In this document: one piece after another, positions 26,672-37,545 of the stretch
Numbering within the stretch: the stretch's first letter is position 1
Layout of the letters: each line of letters opens with the position of its first letter
Source of the DNA: Candidatus Nanopelagicales bacterium
Lineage (GTDB): Bacteria > Actinomycetota > Actinomycetes > S36-B12
Length of the DNA stretch: 64,000 nucleotides
NCBI GenBank assembly: GCA_049431945.1
Contig: JBMTDJ010000002.1
Coordinates: forward strand, 9,773-73,772
Reading direction: 5' to 3'
Program-made: the position numbers and the translations under genes
Notes under the pieces: model-generated
Told to the model about the DNA's origin: nothing
Database searches by the model: none
What the model saw: only the letters and a program-made list of their open reading frames with translations

Positions 26672-27522
26672 CAGGCGTCGAGGTGGTTCTGGTCACGGGC
26701 ATGAGTGGGGCAGGGCGGTCTACCGCTGCTCGCGCCCTCGAAGACCAGGGCTGGTTCGTCGTGGACAACCTCCTGCCCGGGCTCATTCCCGAGACCGTCG
26801 GCGCATTGGCCGACGAGGATGTCACGCGTGTCGCCGTCGTGGTCGACGTGCGCGGTGGGAAGTTCTTCGCTGACACCGAGCGCGCGCTCATGCGCTTGCG
26901 CGACGACGGCCTGGACGTGCGGATCCTCTTCCTGGAGGCATCTGACGAGAGTCTGGTCCGTCGCTTCGAGAGCAATCGACGTCCACATCCCCTCCAGAAG
27001 GGGGAGCGACTCGTCGATGGCCTCAGTCGCGAGCGAACTGCACTCGCGGGCCTTCGCGCGGAGGCGGACCTGGTCATCGACACCAGCCAATTGAACGTCC
27101 ACGAGCTCCGGCGCCGGGTGGAGGCCGCCTTCACGGGTCCGGCACTTGCCCTTCGCGCGACCGTGATGTCGTTCGGCTTCAAGTACGGGATTCCCGTCGA
27201 CGCAGACATCGTCCTTGACGCGCGATTCCTGCCCAATCCGCACTGGGTGGAGGCACTACGTCCGCACACCGGCCTCGATGCGGATGTCCGTGACTACGTC
27301 ATCGACACGCCTGCAGCCGTCACCTTCCTCGATGAGGTCACCCGACTGCTCGACGTCATGGCACAGGGCTATCTCCACGAGGGCAAGCGCTACGTCACGG
27401 TCGCGATCGGATGCACCGGCGGGAAGCACCGCAGTGTCGCCTTGACGGAGGAGGTCGCCGAGCGGCTCTCCGGGCAGGGTGCGGAGACCATGGTCATTCA
27501 CCGCGACCTCGGGCGAGAGTGA
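26668..27522 (+). CDS. rapZ: RNase adapter / nucleotide-binding protein RapZ
   Basis: 'VTGMSGAGRSTAARALED' Walker A and the C-terminal 'IGCTGGKHRSV'. ATGA overlap with uvrC. Confidence 0.92.
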   Translation: MTGVEVVLVTGMSGAGRSTAARALEDQGWFVVDNLLPGLIPETVGALADEDVTRVAVVVDVRGGKFFADTERALMRLRDDGLDVRILFLEASDESLVRRFESNRRPHPLQKGERLVDGLSRERTALAGLRAEADLVIDTSQLNVHELRRRVEAAFTGPALALRATVMSFGFKYGIPVDADIVLDARFLPNPHWVEALRPHTGLDADVRDYVIDTPAAVTFLDEVTRLLDVMAQGYLHEGKRYVTVAIGCTGGKHRSVALTEEVAERLSGQGAETMVIHRDLGRE

Positions 27523-28430
27523 GTGTGCCGCGCCGCGTCGTTGCCCTCGGGGGTGGACACGGGCTTTCGGTCACCCTGGCGGCGCTGAGACAGCTGGGCG
27601 TCGAGCCCACGGCGATCGCGGGTACCGGCGACGATGGGGGATCGAGCGGCCGCCTGAGGGCCCACCTGGGCGTCCCGCCGCCCGGGGACCTGCGCATGGC
27701 GCTGGCCGCCCTGGCTGACGAGGGACTGTGGCTCCGGGTCCTGCAGCACCGATTCGGGGGTTCCGGCGACGTCGAGGGACATGCGCTGGGCAACCTCATC
27801 CTCGTCGCCCTCTGGGAGGAGACCGGTGACCTCGTAGCCGGACTGGATCGCCTCGGGGCCGTCCTCGGCGTTCGTGGGCGCGTGCTGCCCAATTGCCTAG
27901 AGCCTGTGGTCGTCGTCGCCGACGTGATCGATGCGGGCGGCGACAAGCGAGAGGTACGCGGTCAGGCGCGGCTCACTGCCGGTGAAGGACGCATCCAAGG
28001 TCTGCGCCTCGAGCCACCCGCACCACGCGAGTGCCCGGAGGCTGTGAGCGCCATCGCCCAGGCCACCCACGTCGTCATCGGTCCAGGGTCGTGGTTCACC
28101 AGCGTCCTCACGCACACGCTTGTCCCCGCGATCGACCAGGCGCTGCGGGAAACCCGTGCACGCATCACGCTCATCGCCAATGCCGGTCCCCAGGCGGGAG
28201 AGACCGAGGGCTTCACCACGTTGCGCTATCTGGAGTCGTGGCGTGACTTCGCCCCCGGATTGCACGTCGACGATGTCATCGTCGACGCCACAGCGGGGGA
28301 TTCGCATGATGCCCTCGTCGAGGCCGCCAGCGCCCTGGGGGCTCGCCTGCATGCCCGCGAGGTCCTGGCATCGCCCGGCCTGCACGATCCCCGGCTCCTC
28401 GCCGCAGCCCTCTCGGACACCCTTGCCTAG
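27519..28430 (+). CDS. yvcK: YvcK/CofD-like gluconeogenesis factor (CuvA-like)
   Basis: 'VVALGGGHGLS' and 'GTGDDGGSSGRLR' are present. GTG 27519 (GTGA overlap with rapZ) or GTG 27525. Confidence 0.88.
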   Translation: MSVPRRVVALGGGHGLSVTLAALRQLGVEPTAIAGTGDDGGSSGRLRAHLGVPPPGDLRMALAALADEGLWLRVLQHRFGGSGDVEGHALGNLILVALWEETGDLVAGLDRLGAVLGVRGRVLPNCLEPVVVVADVIDAGGDKREVRGQARLTAGEGRIQGLRLEPPAPRECPEAVSAIAQATHVVIGPGSWFTSVLTHTLVPAIDQALRETRARITLIANAGPQAGETEGFTTLRYLESWRDFAPGLHVDDVIVDATAGDSHDALVEAASALGARLHAREVLASPGLHDPRLLAAALSDTLA

Positions 28431-28448
28431 GCGTGGCAGGATGGCGCG

Positions 28449-29516
28449 GTGGCCATGACCGCAGAGGTGAAGGACGAACTCAGTCGTCTTGAGGTGACCA
28501 AGTCCTGCTGCCGCAAGGCCGAGGTCTCTTCGCTTCTGCGTTTCGGAGGGGGCCTGCACATCGTCGCGGGCCGCATCGTCGTCGAAGCCGATCTCGACGC
28601 GGGCTCCACGGCCCGGCGCCTGCGCAAGGACCTCACCGAGGTGTACAACCAGGACAGCGAGATCGCCATCGTCCAAGCCGGCGGGCTCCGCAAGGCGCAG
28701 CGATATGTTGTACGAATCGTCTCGGGCGGAGAGCACCTCGCTCGGCAGACGGGGTTGGTCGATGCATCTGGACGCCCGGTGCGTGGGTTGCCCCCGGCGG
28801 TGGTCTCCGGTGGGGTTTGCGACGCAGAGTCCGCATGGCGCGGCGCCTTCTTGGCTCATGGTTCGCTGACCGAGCCTGGACGATCCGCAGCCCTCGAGGT
28901 CACGTGCCCGGGGCCCGAGGCCGCCTTGGCCCTCGTCGGTGCCGCACGACGACTGGGTATTCCCGCGAAATCGCGCGAGGTCAGGGGAGTGGATCGCGTG
29001 GTCATCCGCGATGGAGACGCCATCGGGGCCATGCTCACTCGGATGGGGGCGCACTCCAGCGTCCTCGTGTGGGAGGAACGGCGCATGCGCCGCGAGGTGC
29101 GGGCAACCGCGAACCGGCTCGCGAACTTCGACGACGCCAATCTGCGTCGCTCTGCGCGGGCAGCGGTGGCCGCAGGAGCCCGCGTCCGCAGAGCCATGGA
29201 AATTCTGGGCGACGAGGTCCCGGACCACCTCGCTGAGGCGGGTCGGCTTCGCCTCGAGCACCGTCAGGCGAGCCTGGAGGAGCTGGGCGCCCTTGCTGAC
29301 CCGCCCATGACCAAGGATGCCGTGGCGGGTCGCATCCGCCGCCTGCTGGCCACAGCCGACAAGAAAGCCTCTGATCTGGGCATTCCGGGGACGGAGGCCG
29401 CGCTGGCGGAGGCCGATATCGACGCCCTCGAGGCCGAACTCCACGCCGAGCTCGACGGTCAACTCGAGGGCGAGTCGGACGGATCTTCGGACGTGGGGGA
29501 GACAGCCCAGGCCTAG
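28449..29516 (+). CDS. whiA: Sporulation/cell-division transcription factor WhiA
   Basis: '[11 protein letters not shown]...[17 protein letters not shown]', LAGLIDADG-derived core, and a C-terminal HTH ('[13 protein letters not shown]'). It also has a 40-aa acidic tail. Confidence 0.93.
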   Translation: MAMTAEVKDELSRLEVTKSCCRKAEVSSLLRFGGGLHIVAGRIVVEADLDAGSTARRLRKDLTEVYNQDSEIAIVQAGGLRKAQRYVVRIVSGGEHLARQTGLVDASGRPVRGLPPAVVSGGVCDAESAWRGAFLAHGSLTEPGRSAALEVTCPGPEAALALVGAARRLGIPAKSREVRGVDRVVIRDGDAIGAMLTRMGAHSSVLVWEERRMRREVRATANRLANFDDANLRRSARAAVAAGARVRRAMEILGDEVPDHLAEAGRLRLEHRQASLEELGALADPPMTKDAVAGRIRRLLATADKKASDLGIPGTEAALAEADIDALEAELHAELDGQLEGESDGSSDVGETAQA

Positions 29517-29572
29517 GGCCCGGCACGCGCCCGGCCGCGCGCCATGGGGGCCCATGTAAACGTGTACGGTAG

Positions 29573-31814
<2,242 letters not shown>

Positions 31815-31818
<4 letters not shown>

Positions 31819-32612
31819 CCGAGGGGCGCCGCCCGCTCATGGCGGGCAATTGGAAGATGAACGTCAATCACCTCGAGGCCATCGCGCTTGTCCAGAAGCT
31901 GGCATTTGCCCTCAATGACGCTGACTATGACGCGGTCGATGTCGCTGTCATCCCGCCCTTCACGGACCTCCGGTCGGTCCAGACGCTCATCGATGGCGAC
32001 AGATACCGCATCACGTACGGCGCCCAGGATCTCTCGGTTCATGATTCCGGTGCCTACACCGGAGAGATCTCGGGCGCGATGCTCGCCAAGCTCGGCTGCA
32101 CCTACGTGCTCGTGGGGCACAGCGAGAGACGCGAGTACCACGCCGAAGGCGACGACATTGTGGCGGCCAAGGTCCGTGCTGCCCAGCGTCACGGACTCAC
32201 TCCTATCCTGTGCGTGGGAGAGGGCCTGGATGTGCGCCGCGAGGGCGGCCAGGTGCCGCACGTTCTCGCGCAGGTGACGGCGGCGATTGACGGACTCGCG
32301 CCCGACGCTGTGTCATCCGTTGTCATCGCCTATGAGCCTGTGTGGGCGATCGGCACGGGCGAGGTGGCGACACCTGCGGACGCGCAGGAGGTCTGCGGCG
32401 CCATCCGCGCACTGCTGGAGGAGCAGATAGGAACGGGAGCGGATGCCGTGCGTATCCTCTACGGCGGGTCGGTGAAGGTCTCGAATGTTGCCGCCATCAT
32501 GGCCCAGGAGGATGTCGACGGGTGCCTGGTCGGAGGAGCCAGCCTCGACCCGGACGAGTTCGTGGGCATCGTGCGCTACCGGCTGCTCAACGCCGAGCAG
32601 GCGGGGGAGTGA
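31815..32612 (+). CDS. tpiA: Triosephosphate isomerase
   Basis: 'MAGNWKMN', 'VGHSERR' and '[11 protein letters not shown]' are present. ATGA overlap with pgk. Confidence 0.95.
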
Positions 32613-32682
32613 ACCACTCGCGTGGTACGGTCATCGACGTCCCCGGGCGCGCAATGCGCCCTTCGCATGGAGGAGTGACAGC

Positions 32683-32931
32683 GTGACGACCGTCCTCGTC
32701 ATCGCCTTGGCGATCCTGCTGGTGATCACCAGCGTCTTGCTGGTCGTCCTTATTCTTCTGCACCGGGGAAAGGGCGGCGGCCTGTCCGACCTGTTCGGCG
32801 GTGGGGTCAGTTCGTCGATCGGCGGGTCATCGGTCGCGGAAAAGAACCTCGATCGGTTGACGGTGGGCATCGCTCTCATCTGGGCGGCTTCCATTGTCGC
32901 GGTCGGTCTACTCGTTCGAACCGGTTCGTAG
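32683..32931 (+). CDS. secG: Preprotein translocase subunit SecG
   Basis: GGAGG at 32669-73 precedes GTG 32683. 82 aa, two TM helices, and 'HRGKGGGLSDLFGGG'. Confidence 0.85.
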   Translation: MTTVLVIALAILLVITSVLLVVLILLHRGKGGGLSDLFGGGVSSSIGGSSVAEKNLDRLTVGIALIWAASIVAVGLLVRTGS

Positions 32932-32967
32932 CAGCAGTCCACATCAAGACCACGTCGAGGAGGGCTA

Positions 32968-33300
32968 GTGGCCGGAGGAAGTGCGATTCGTGGCAGCCGC
33001 GTAGGCGCAGGCCCCATGGGCGAAGCCGAACGGGGCGAGACCGCACCGCGCGTGTTCGTCACCTTCTGGTGTGCACGCGGCCATGAGACGACTCCGAGCT
33101 TCGCCGCCGATGCTCCGATCCCGGACCAGTGGGATTGCCCTCGATGCGGCTGGCCGGCCAGCCAGGACGAGCAGGCGCCACCCGCGCCGCCGAAGATCGA
33201 GCCGTACAAGACGCACCTTGCCTACGTGAAGGAGCGTCGGAGCGACGAGGACGGCGCCGCAATCTTGGAAGAGGCGCTCGAAAAGCTACGTCGGTCTTAG
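32968..33300 (+). CDS. rbpA: RNA polymerase-binding protein RbpA
   Basis: 110 aa. Zinc-ribbon-like 'FWCARGHE...WDCPRCG' and a C-terminal sigma-interaction helix 'THLAYVKERRSDEDG..ILEEAL'. Confidence 0.85.
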   Translation: MAGGSAIRGSRVGAGPMGEAERGETAPRVFVTFWCARGHETTPSFAADAPIPDQWDCPRCGWPASQDEQAPPAPPKIEPYKTHLAYVKERRSDEDGAAILEEALEKLRRS

Positions 33301-34029
33301 CGCCGACGCTGCCGCGGAGTCGATCCAGGCGACGCAGGCCCGGGTGCCCACGGCGCCCGCTGCTGGCACGTCCACGGGATTCGTCGTGGGGTCCATCGCT
33401 TGAGCAATGGCTGCGGCCTTCTCCTGGCCCGCGGCGACAAGCCACACGTCGTCCGCCGACCGGATGGTCGGGAACGTCATCGTGATTCGGGTGGGAGGCG
33501 GCTTGGGGCTTGCGTGAACCGCGACGATGGCGTCACCAGTTTTGGCGGCGGGCGATTCCGGGAAGATCGAGGCCACATGGCCCTCCGGGCCCACACCCAG
33601 GAGCAGTACATCGAACCGCGGTAGCGATCCGTCGGCCGATGACCGCGCAAGCGCGTCGGCGTAGTCAAGAGCGGCTTGCTCGACCCCCTGACCCGTGTCG
33701 GCGGGCATCGCATGAACATGGCCAGGTACGAGGGGGACCCGGTCGAGCAGGACAGCGGCTGCCTGGGTGACGTTGCGGTCGGGATCGCCGTCGGGAAGGA
33801 ACCTCTCGTCACCCCACCACAGATGGAGCGCCGACCAGTCGACGGGCAGTGGGGCGAGGGCAGCCATGACAGCAGTTCCGATGCCGCCTCCCGTGAGCAC
33901 CACATGGGCGACCCCCCGCTCCTGCTGTGCCACCGCGATGCGGTCCGCCAGTGCCTGCGCAACGTCCGTCGCGAGAGCGTCTGCGGTAGGGCGTACTTCG
34001 ACGGTCCTGTTCACGACTGATCCCCCCAT
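33286..34029 (-). CDS. pgl: 6-phosphogluconolactonase
   Basis: 'VVLTGGGIG' and 'LWWGDERFLP' are present. The start is ATG 34029, or GTG 34014 (which would form a GTGA overlap with the opcA stop). Confidence 0.88.
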   Translation of the reverse strand: MGGSVVNRTVEVRPTADALATDVAQALADRIAVAQQERGVAHVVLTGGGIGTAVMAALAPLPVDWSALHLWWGDERFLPDGDPDRNVTQAAAVLLDRVPLVPGHVHAMPADTGQGVEQAALDYADALARSSADGSLPRFDVLLLGVGPEGHVASIFPESPAAKTGDAIVAVHASPKPPPTRITMTFPTIRSADDVWLVAAGQEKAAAIAQAMDPTTNPVDVPAAGAVGTRACVAWIDSAAASALRPT

Positions 34030-34913
34030 GATGCGAGCACGTCCCCATAGACCTCGTCCGGATCAAGGCGGCGCAGTTCCTCGCTCAGCAGGTCTGGCAG
34101 GCCCCGTCGGGGTAGCGCGATCGTCGACTCGGGCACGCCGGGCCGGGTGAGTGTGGCGACCGATCCATCCGGTCGCGACAAGGTGATCGCGCCTTGCGGC
34201 GTATCCAGGGCGACCTGCGTGATGCCGGGGCCGTCCGCCGCGGTGAATGCGACCTCGATGCTCAGTGCCCAGCGCAGCCAGGCGGCGAGCAGGATGGCGC
34301 TGGGATTGTCGGCCTCGGCTTCGACACTGGCCGAGCGCACCGCGGTCCGACCGTCATCGAGGAGCGATGCCAGCGCGCTGCGCCAGGACGTGAGTCGTGT
34401 CCAGGCCAGGTCGCAGTCCCCAGGGACGTATCCGGCTCGGCGCTCCCTCAGAGCTGCCGCGGGATCTACCGCTGTCGCGGTGTCGGTGATCCGTCGCTGG
34501 CAGTGCCGGCCGATGGGGTCATCGGCCGGGACGGGAGGAGGATCGGTCGGCCACCAGGAGACGACGGGTGTATCTGGGAGTAGCAGGGGGATCACGACGG
34601 AGTTTGCATGCCCGGAGCGATCACCGCGCAGCCGGACGATGGCGACCTCGCCCGGGCCGTCATCCCCGCCGACCATGACCTGGGCATCGATCTGGTCGGT
34701 GCCCCGGCCGGGACGCGGGATGAGTGTGAGAATCCGCATCGGATGCTGGCGCGCGGACAGCACCGCTGCCTCCGTGGCGTCCGACGCGAACTCCTCGTCG
34801 CTGAGGATGAGCATGGTGAGGACCATCCCGGTGGCCGGGGATCCCATGCGATGCCGCTCCTCGGCGATCGCGCGGGAGATCTCACCGCCGCTGGTGTCCT
34901 CGAGGCGGATCAT
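34011..34913 (-). CDS. opcA: Glucose-6-phosphate dehydrogenase assembly protein OpcA
   Basis: Sits at the position downstream of zwf that is conserved in actinobacteria, with typical length. ATG 34913 forms an ATGA overlap with the zwf stop. The track start 34925 is an alternative. Confidence 0.82.
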   Translation of the reverse strand: MIRLEDTSGGEISRAIAEERHRMGSPATGMVLTMLILSDEEFASDATEAAVLSARQHPMRILTLIPRPGRGTDQIDAQVMVGGDDGPGEVAIVRLRGDRSGHANSVVIPLLLPDTPVVSWWPTDPPPVPADDPIGRHCQRRITDTATAVDPAAALRERRAGYVPGDCDLAWTRLTSWRSALASLLDDGRTAVRSASVEAEADNPSAILLAAWLRWALSIEVAFTAADGPGITQVALDTPQGAITLSRPDGSVATLTRPGVPESTIALPRRGLPDLLSEELRRLDPDEVYGDVLASWGDQS

Positions 34914-36430
34914 GGGCGCCTCCATTGACGGCCGTCACGGGCGATCATGTCGTAGGCGCACGCCGGGCCCCATCCGCCGGAAGCGTACTGCTCCGGCTGT
35001 CCCATGCCGGACCACTGGTCGAGGATCGGATCGAGGATGCGCCAACTCAGATCCACCTCGGTGCTATTGGGGAACAGTGGCGGCTCCCCGAGGAGCACGT
35101 CGAGGATGAGACGCTCATACGCCTCGGGGCTGGTATCGACGAATGAATCGCCGTATTGGAAGTCCATGGTGACGTCGCGTACGTCCATGCCCGTCGTTCC
35201 CGGCACCTTGGAGCCGAAGCGCACGGTCACCCCCTCGTCAGGCTGGATGCGAAAGACCAGGGCGTTGTCGGACAGTTCGCCGACCGAAGACAGCTCGAAA
35301 GGAAGGTGCGGCGCCCGCTTGAAGATGACGGCAACCTCCGTCACTCGCCGGCCGAGCCGCTTGCCCGTGCGCAGGTAGAACGGCACCCCCGCCCAGCGCC
35401 GGTTGTCCACGGTCACGCGGATCGCGGCGAAGGTCTCCGTGGTGCTGCCTGGCGGGATTCCTTCCTCTTCGAGGAATCCGCGCACGGGAACGCCGCCTTG
35501 CCAACCGGCGGCGTACTGGCCGCGCGCGGTGTGTGCGGCAATATCCTCGGGCACCGTGATGGCGCTGAGGACCTTCTCCTTCTCTGTGCGCACCTCGCGG
35601 GGTCGGAAGGAGAGCGGCTCCTCCATTGCGGTGAGGGCCAAAAGCTGCAGCAGATGGTTCTGGATCACGTCTCGTGCGGCACCAATGCCGTCGTAGTAGC
35701 CCGCGCGGCCGGCAATGCCGATGTCCTCGGCTTGGGTGATCTGCACGTTGTCAACGAAGTTCGAATTCCACAGGGGCTCGAACATCGTGTTGGCGAAGCG
35801 GACAGCGAGGATGTTCTGAACTGTCTCCTTGCCGAGATAGTGGTCGATACGGAAGATCTCGTCCGGGGTGAATGCCGAATTGAGCACTCGATCGAGCTCC
35901 TCAGCGCTAGCCAGATCGTGCCCGAAGGGCTTCTCGATCACGACCCGGCGCCATTCACCATCCTTGCGCTCACTGAGCCCGCTCGCTTTGAGATGTTCGA
36001 CGACGACGGGGAAGAGGCCGGGAGGAATTGAGAGGTAGAACGCGTGATTGCCCATGGTGCCGCGTTGGTCGTCCACCTCTGCGACAACCCTCGCCAGCTG
36101 GCGATAGGCGTCCGCGTCGGCAATGTCGCCCTCGACGAAGCGGATGCCCTCGGAGAGTTGCGCCCATACGTCCTCGCGAAACGGCGTGCGGGCGTACTCG
36201 CGAACGGCGTCGTGCACCTCCTGTGCGAAGTCCTCGTCGTCCCACTGTCTTCGCGCGAAGCCGACGAGCCCGAAGCCCGGGGGGAGCAGTCCCCTGTTAG
36301 CTAGATCGTAAATGGCGGGCATGATCTTTTTGCGCGCGAGGTCGCCGGTGACGCCGAAGAGCACGAGACCACAGGGGCCGGCGACCTTGGGGAGTCGCCG
36401 ATCCCGAGGATCCCGAAGCGGGTTGATCAT
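34910..36430 (-). CDS. zwf: Glucose-6-phosphate dehydrogenase
   Basis: 'LFGVTGDLARKK', 'EKPFGHD' and 'RIDHYLGKE' are present. Confidence 0.96.
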   Translation of the reverse strand: MINPLRDPRDRRLPKVAGPCGLVLFGVTGDLARKKIMPAIYDLANRGLLPPGFGLVGFARRQWDDEDFAQEVHDAVREYARTPFREDVWAQLSEGIRFVEGDIADADAYRQLARVVAEVDDQRGTMGNHAFYLSIPPGLFPVVVEHLKASGLSERKDGEWRRVVIEKPFGHDLASAEELDRVLNSAFTPDEIFRIDHYLGKETVQNILAVRFANTMFEPLWNSNFVDNVQITQAEDIGIAGRAGYYDGIGAARDVIQNHLLQLLALTAMEEPLSFRPREVRTEKEKVLSAITVPEDIAAHTARGQYAAGWQGGVPVRGFLEEEGIPPGSTTETFAAIRVTVDNRRWAGVPFYLRTGKRLGRRVTEVAVIFKRAPHLPFELSSVGELSDNALVFRIQPDEGVTVRFGSKVPGTTGMDVRDVTMDFQYGDSFVDTSPEAYERLILDVLLGEPPLFPNSTEVDLSWRILDPILDQWSGMGQPEQYASGGWGPACAYDMIARDGRQWRRP

Positions 36431-37545
36431 CGAACCGCGTCATCCAGAGCCTGCTGGACCGTGGTGAGGAGCTCCGCCCATGATGCGTCGAACTTCTCCA
36501 CGCCCTCGTCCTCGAGTACTTGGCAGACCTCGGGCTCGTGAATACCCAGGGCGGAGAGGGCGTCCCAGACCGCACGGGACTCGTCCTGGGTTCCGCTCAC
36601 CGTGTCACGCACCTCACCGGTGTACCCGGCGCACGCTGCAAGGGTCGCGGCCGGCATCGTGTTGACGCATCCCGGCGCGACGAGGCCCATGACGTAGAGC
36701 GTCGGTGGGAAGGCGGGGTCCTTGACCCCCGTCGACGCCCACAGCGGCCGCTGCGTGCGCGCGCCCAGTGCCGCGAGCGACCGCCATCGATCCGACGCCA
36801 TGGCCTCCTGGTATACCCCCCAGGCGAGTCGCGCGCTGGCCAGGCCGGCCTTGCCCCGCAGGGCCTGCGCCTCGTCAGTTCCCACGGCTGCGAGGCGCTT
36901 GTCGACCTCGGTGTCCATGCGGCTGACGAAGAATGACGCAACGGACTCGATCTTGGACAGGTCATGACCGTGGGAGTGAGCGCGTTCTAGACCCGACATC
37001 CATGCATCGAGCACCTCGGCGTAGCGCTCGATGCTGAAGATGAGGGTGACGTTGACGCTAATGCCCGATCCGAGCGTTTCCGTGATGGCAGGCAGCCCTT
37101 CGGCCGTGCCAGGGATCTTGATGAGCACGTTGCCGCGATCCACCATGCCATGGAGGAGTCGCGCCTGGAGGATCGTGCCGTCGGTGTCACGCGCCAGGCG
37201 CGGATCCACCTCGATCGAGACACGTCCATCCACCCCGTCGGAATCACGCCATAGGCCGGAGAAGATGTCGCACGCTTCGCGCACGTCCGTCGTAGTGAGA
37301 GCGCGCACTGCATCGTCTACTGACGCGCCCGACTCTCGGAGCTCCCGGATCTGGTCGGCGTATGCGGAGCTAGCACCACTGAGCGCCTTGGCAAAGATCG
37401 TCGGGTTCGTCGTCACGCCGCGCACGTCCTCGTGGGCGATGAGGTGGCCGAGGTCGCCGGACGCTATGCGTTCGCGATCGAGGTCATCAAGCCAGATAGA
37501 CACCCCGGCCCGGGTGAGGGCAGTGAGAGCAGCAGGCGTGGTCAT
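36427..37545 (-). CDS. tal: Transaldolase (long actinobacterial type)
   Basis: 'GVSIWLDDLDR', 'TTNPTIF' and 'VLIKIPGT' are present. ATG 37545 overlaps the tkt TGA. The upstream 85 codons of the track ORF lie inside tkt. Confidence 0.93.
   Translation of the reverse strand: MTTPAALTALTRAGVSIWLDDLDRERIASGDLGHLIAHEDVRGVTTNPTIFAKALSGASSAYADQIRELRESGASVDDAVRALTTTDVREACDIFSGLWRDSDGVDGRVSIEVDPRLARDTDGTILQARLLHGMVDRGNVLIKIPGTAEGLPAITETLGSGISVNVTLIFSIERYAEVLDAWMSGLERAHSHGHDLSKIESVASFFVSRMDTEVDKRLAAVGTDEAQALRGKAGLASARLAWGVYQEAMASDRWRSLAALGARTQRPLWASTGVKDPAFPPTLYVMGLVAPGCVNTMPAATLAACAGYTGEVRDTVSGTQDESRAVWDALSALGIHEPEVCQVLEDEGVEKFDASWAELLTTVQQALDDAVR

Noticed and set aside
32912-32930. Reading the secG-terminal palindrome as a LexA/SOS box.
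   Set aside because: The actinobacterial LexA consensus TCGAAC-N4-GTTCGA has a 4-bp spacer. Here the half-sites are separated by 2 bp and the right half is truncated. I saw no other TCGAAC-N4-GTTCGA near uvrA, uvrB or uvrC.
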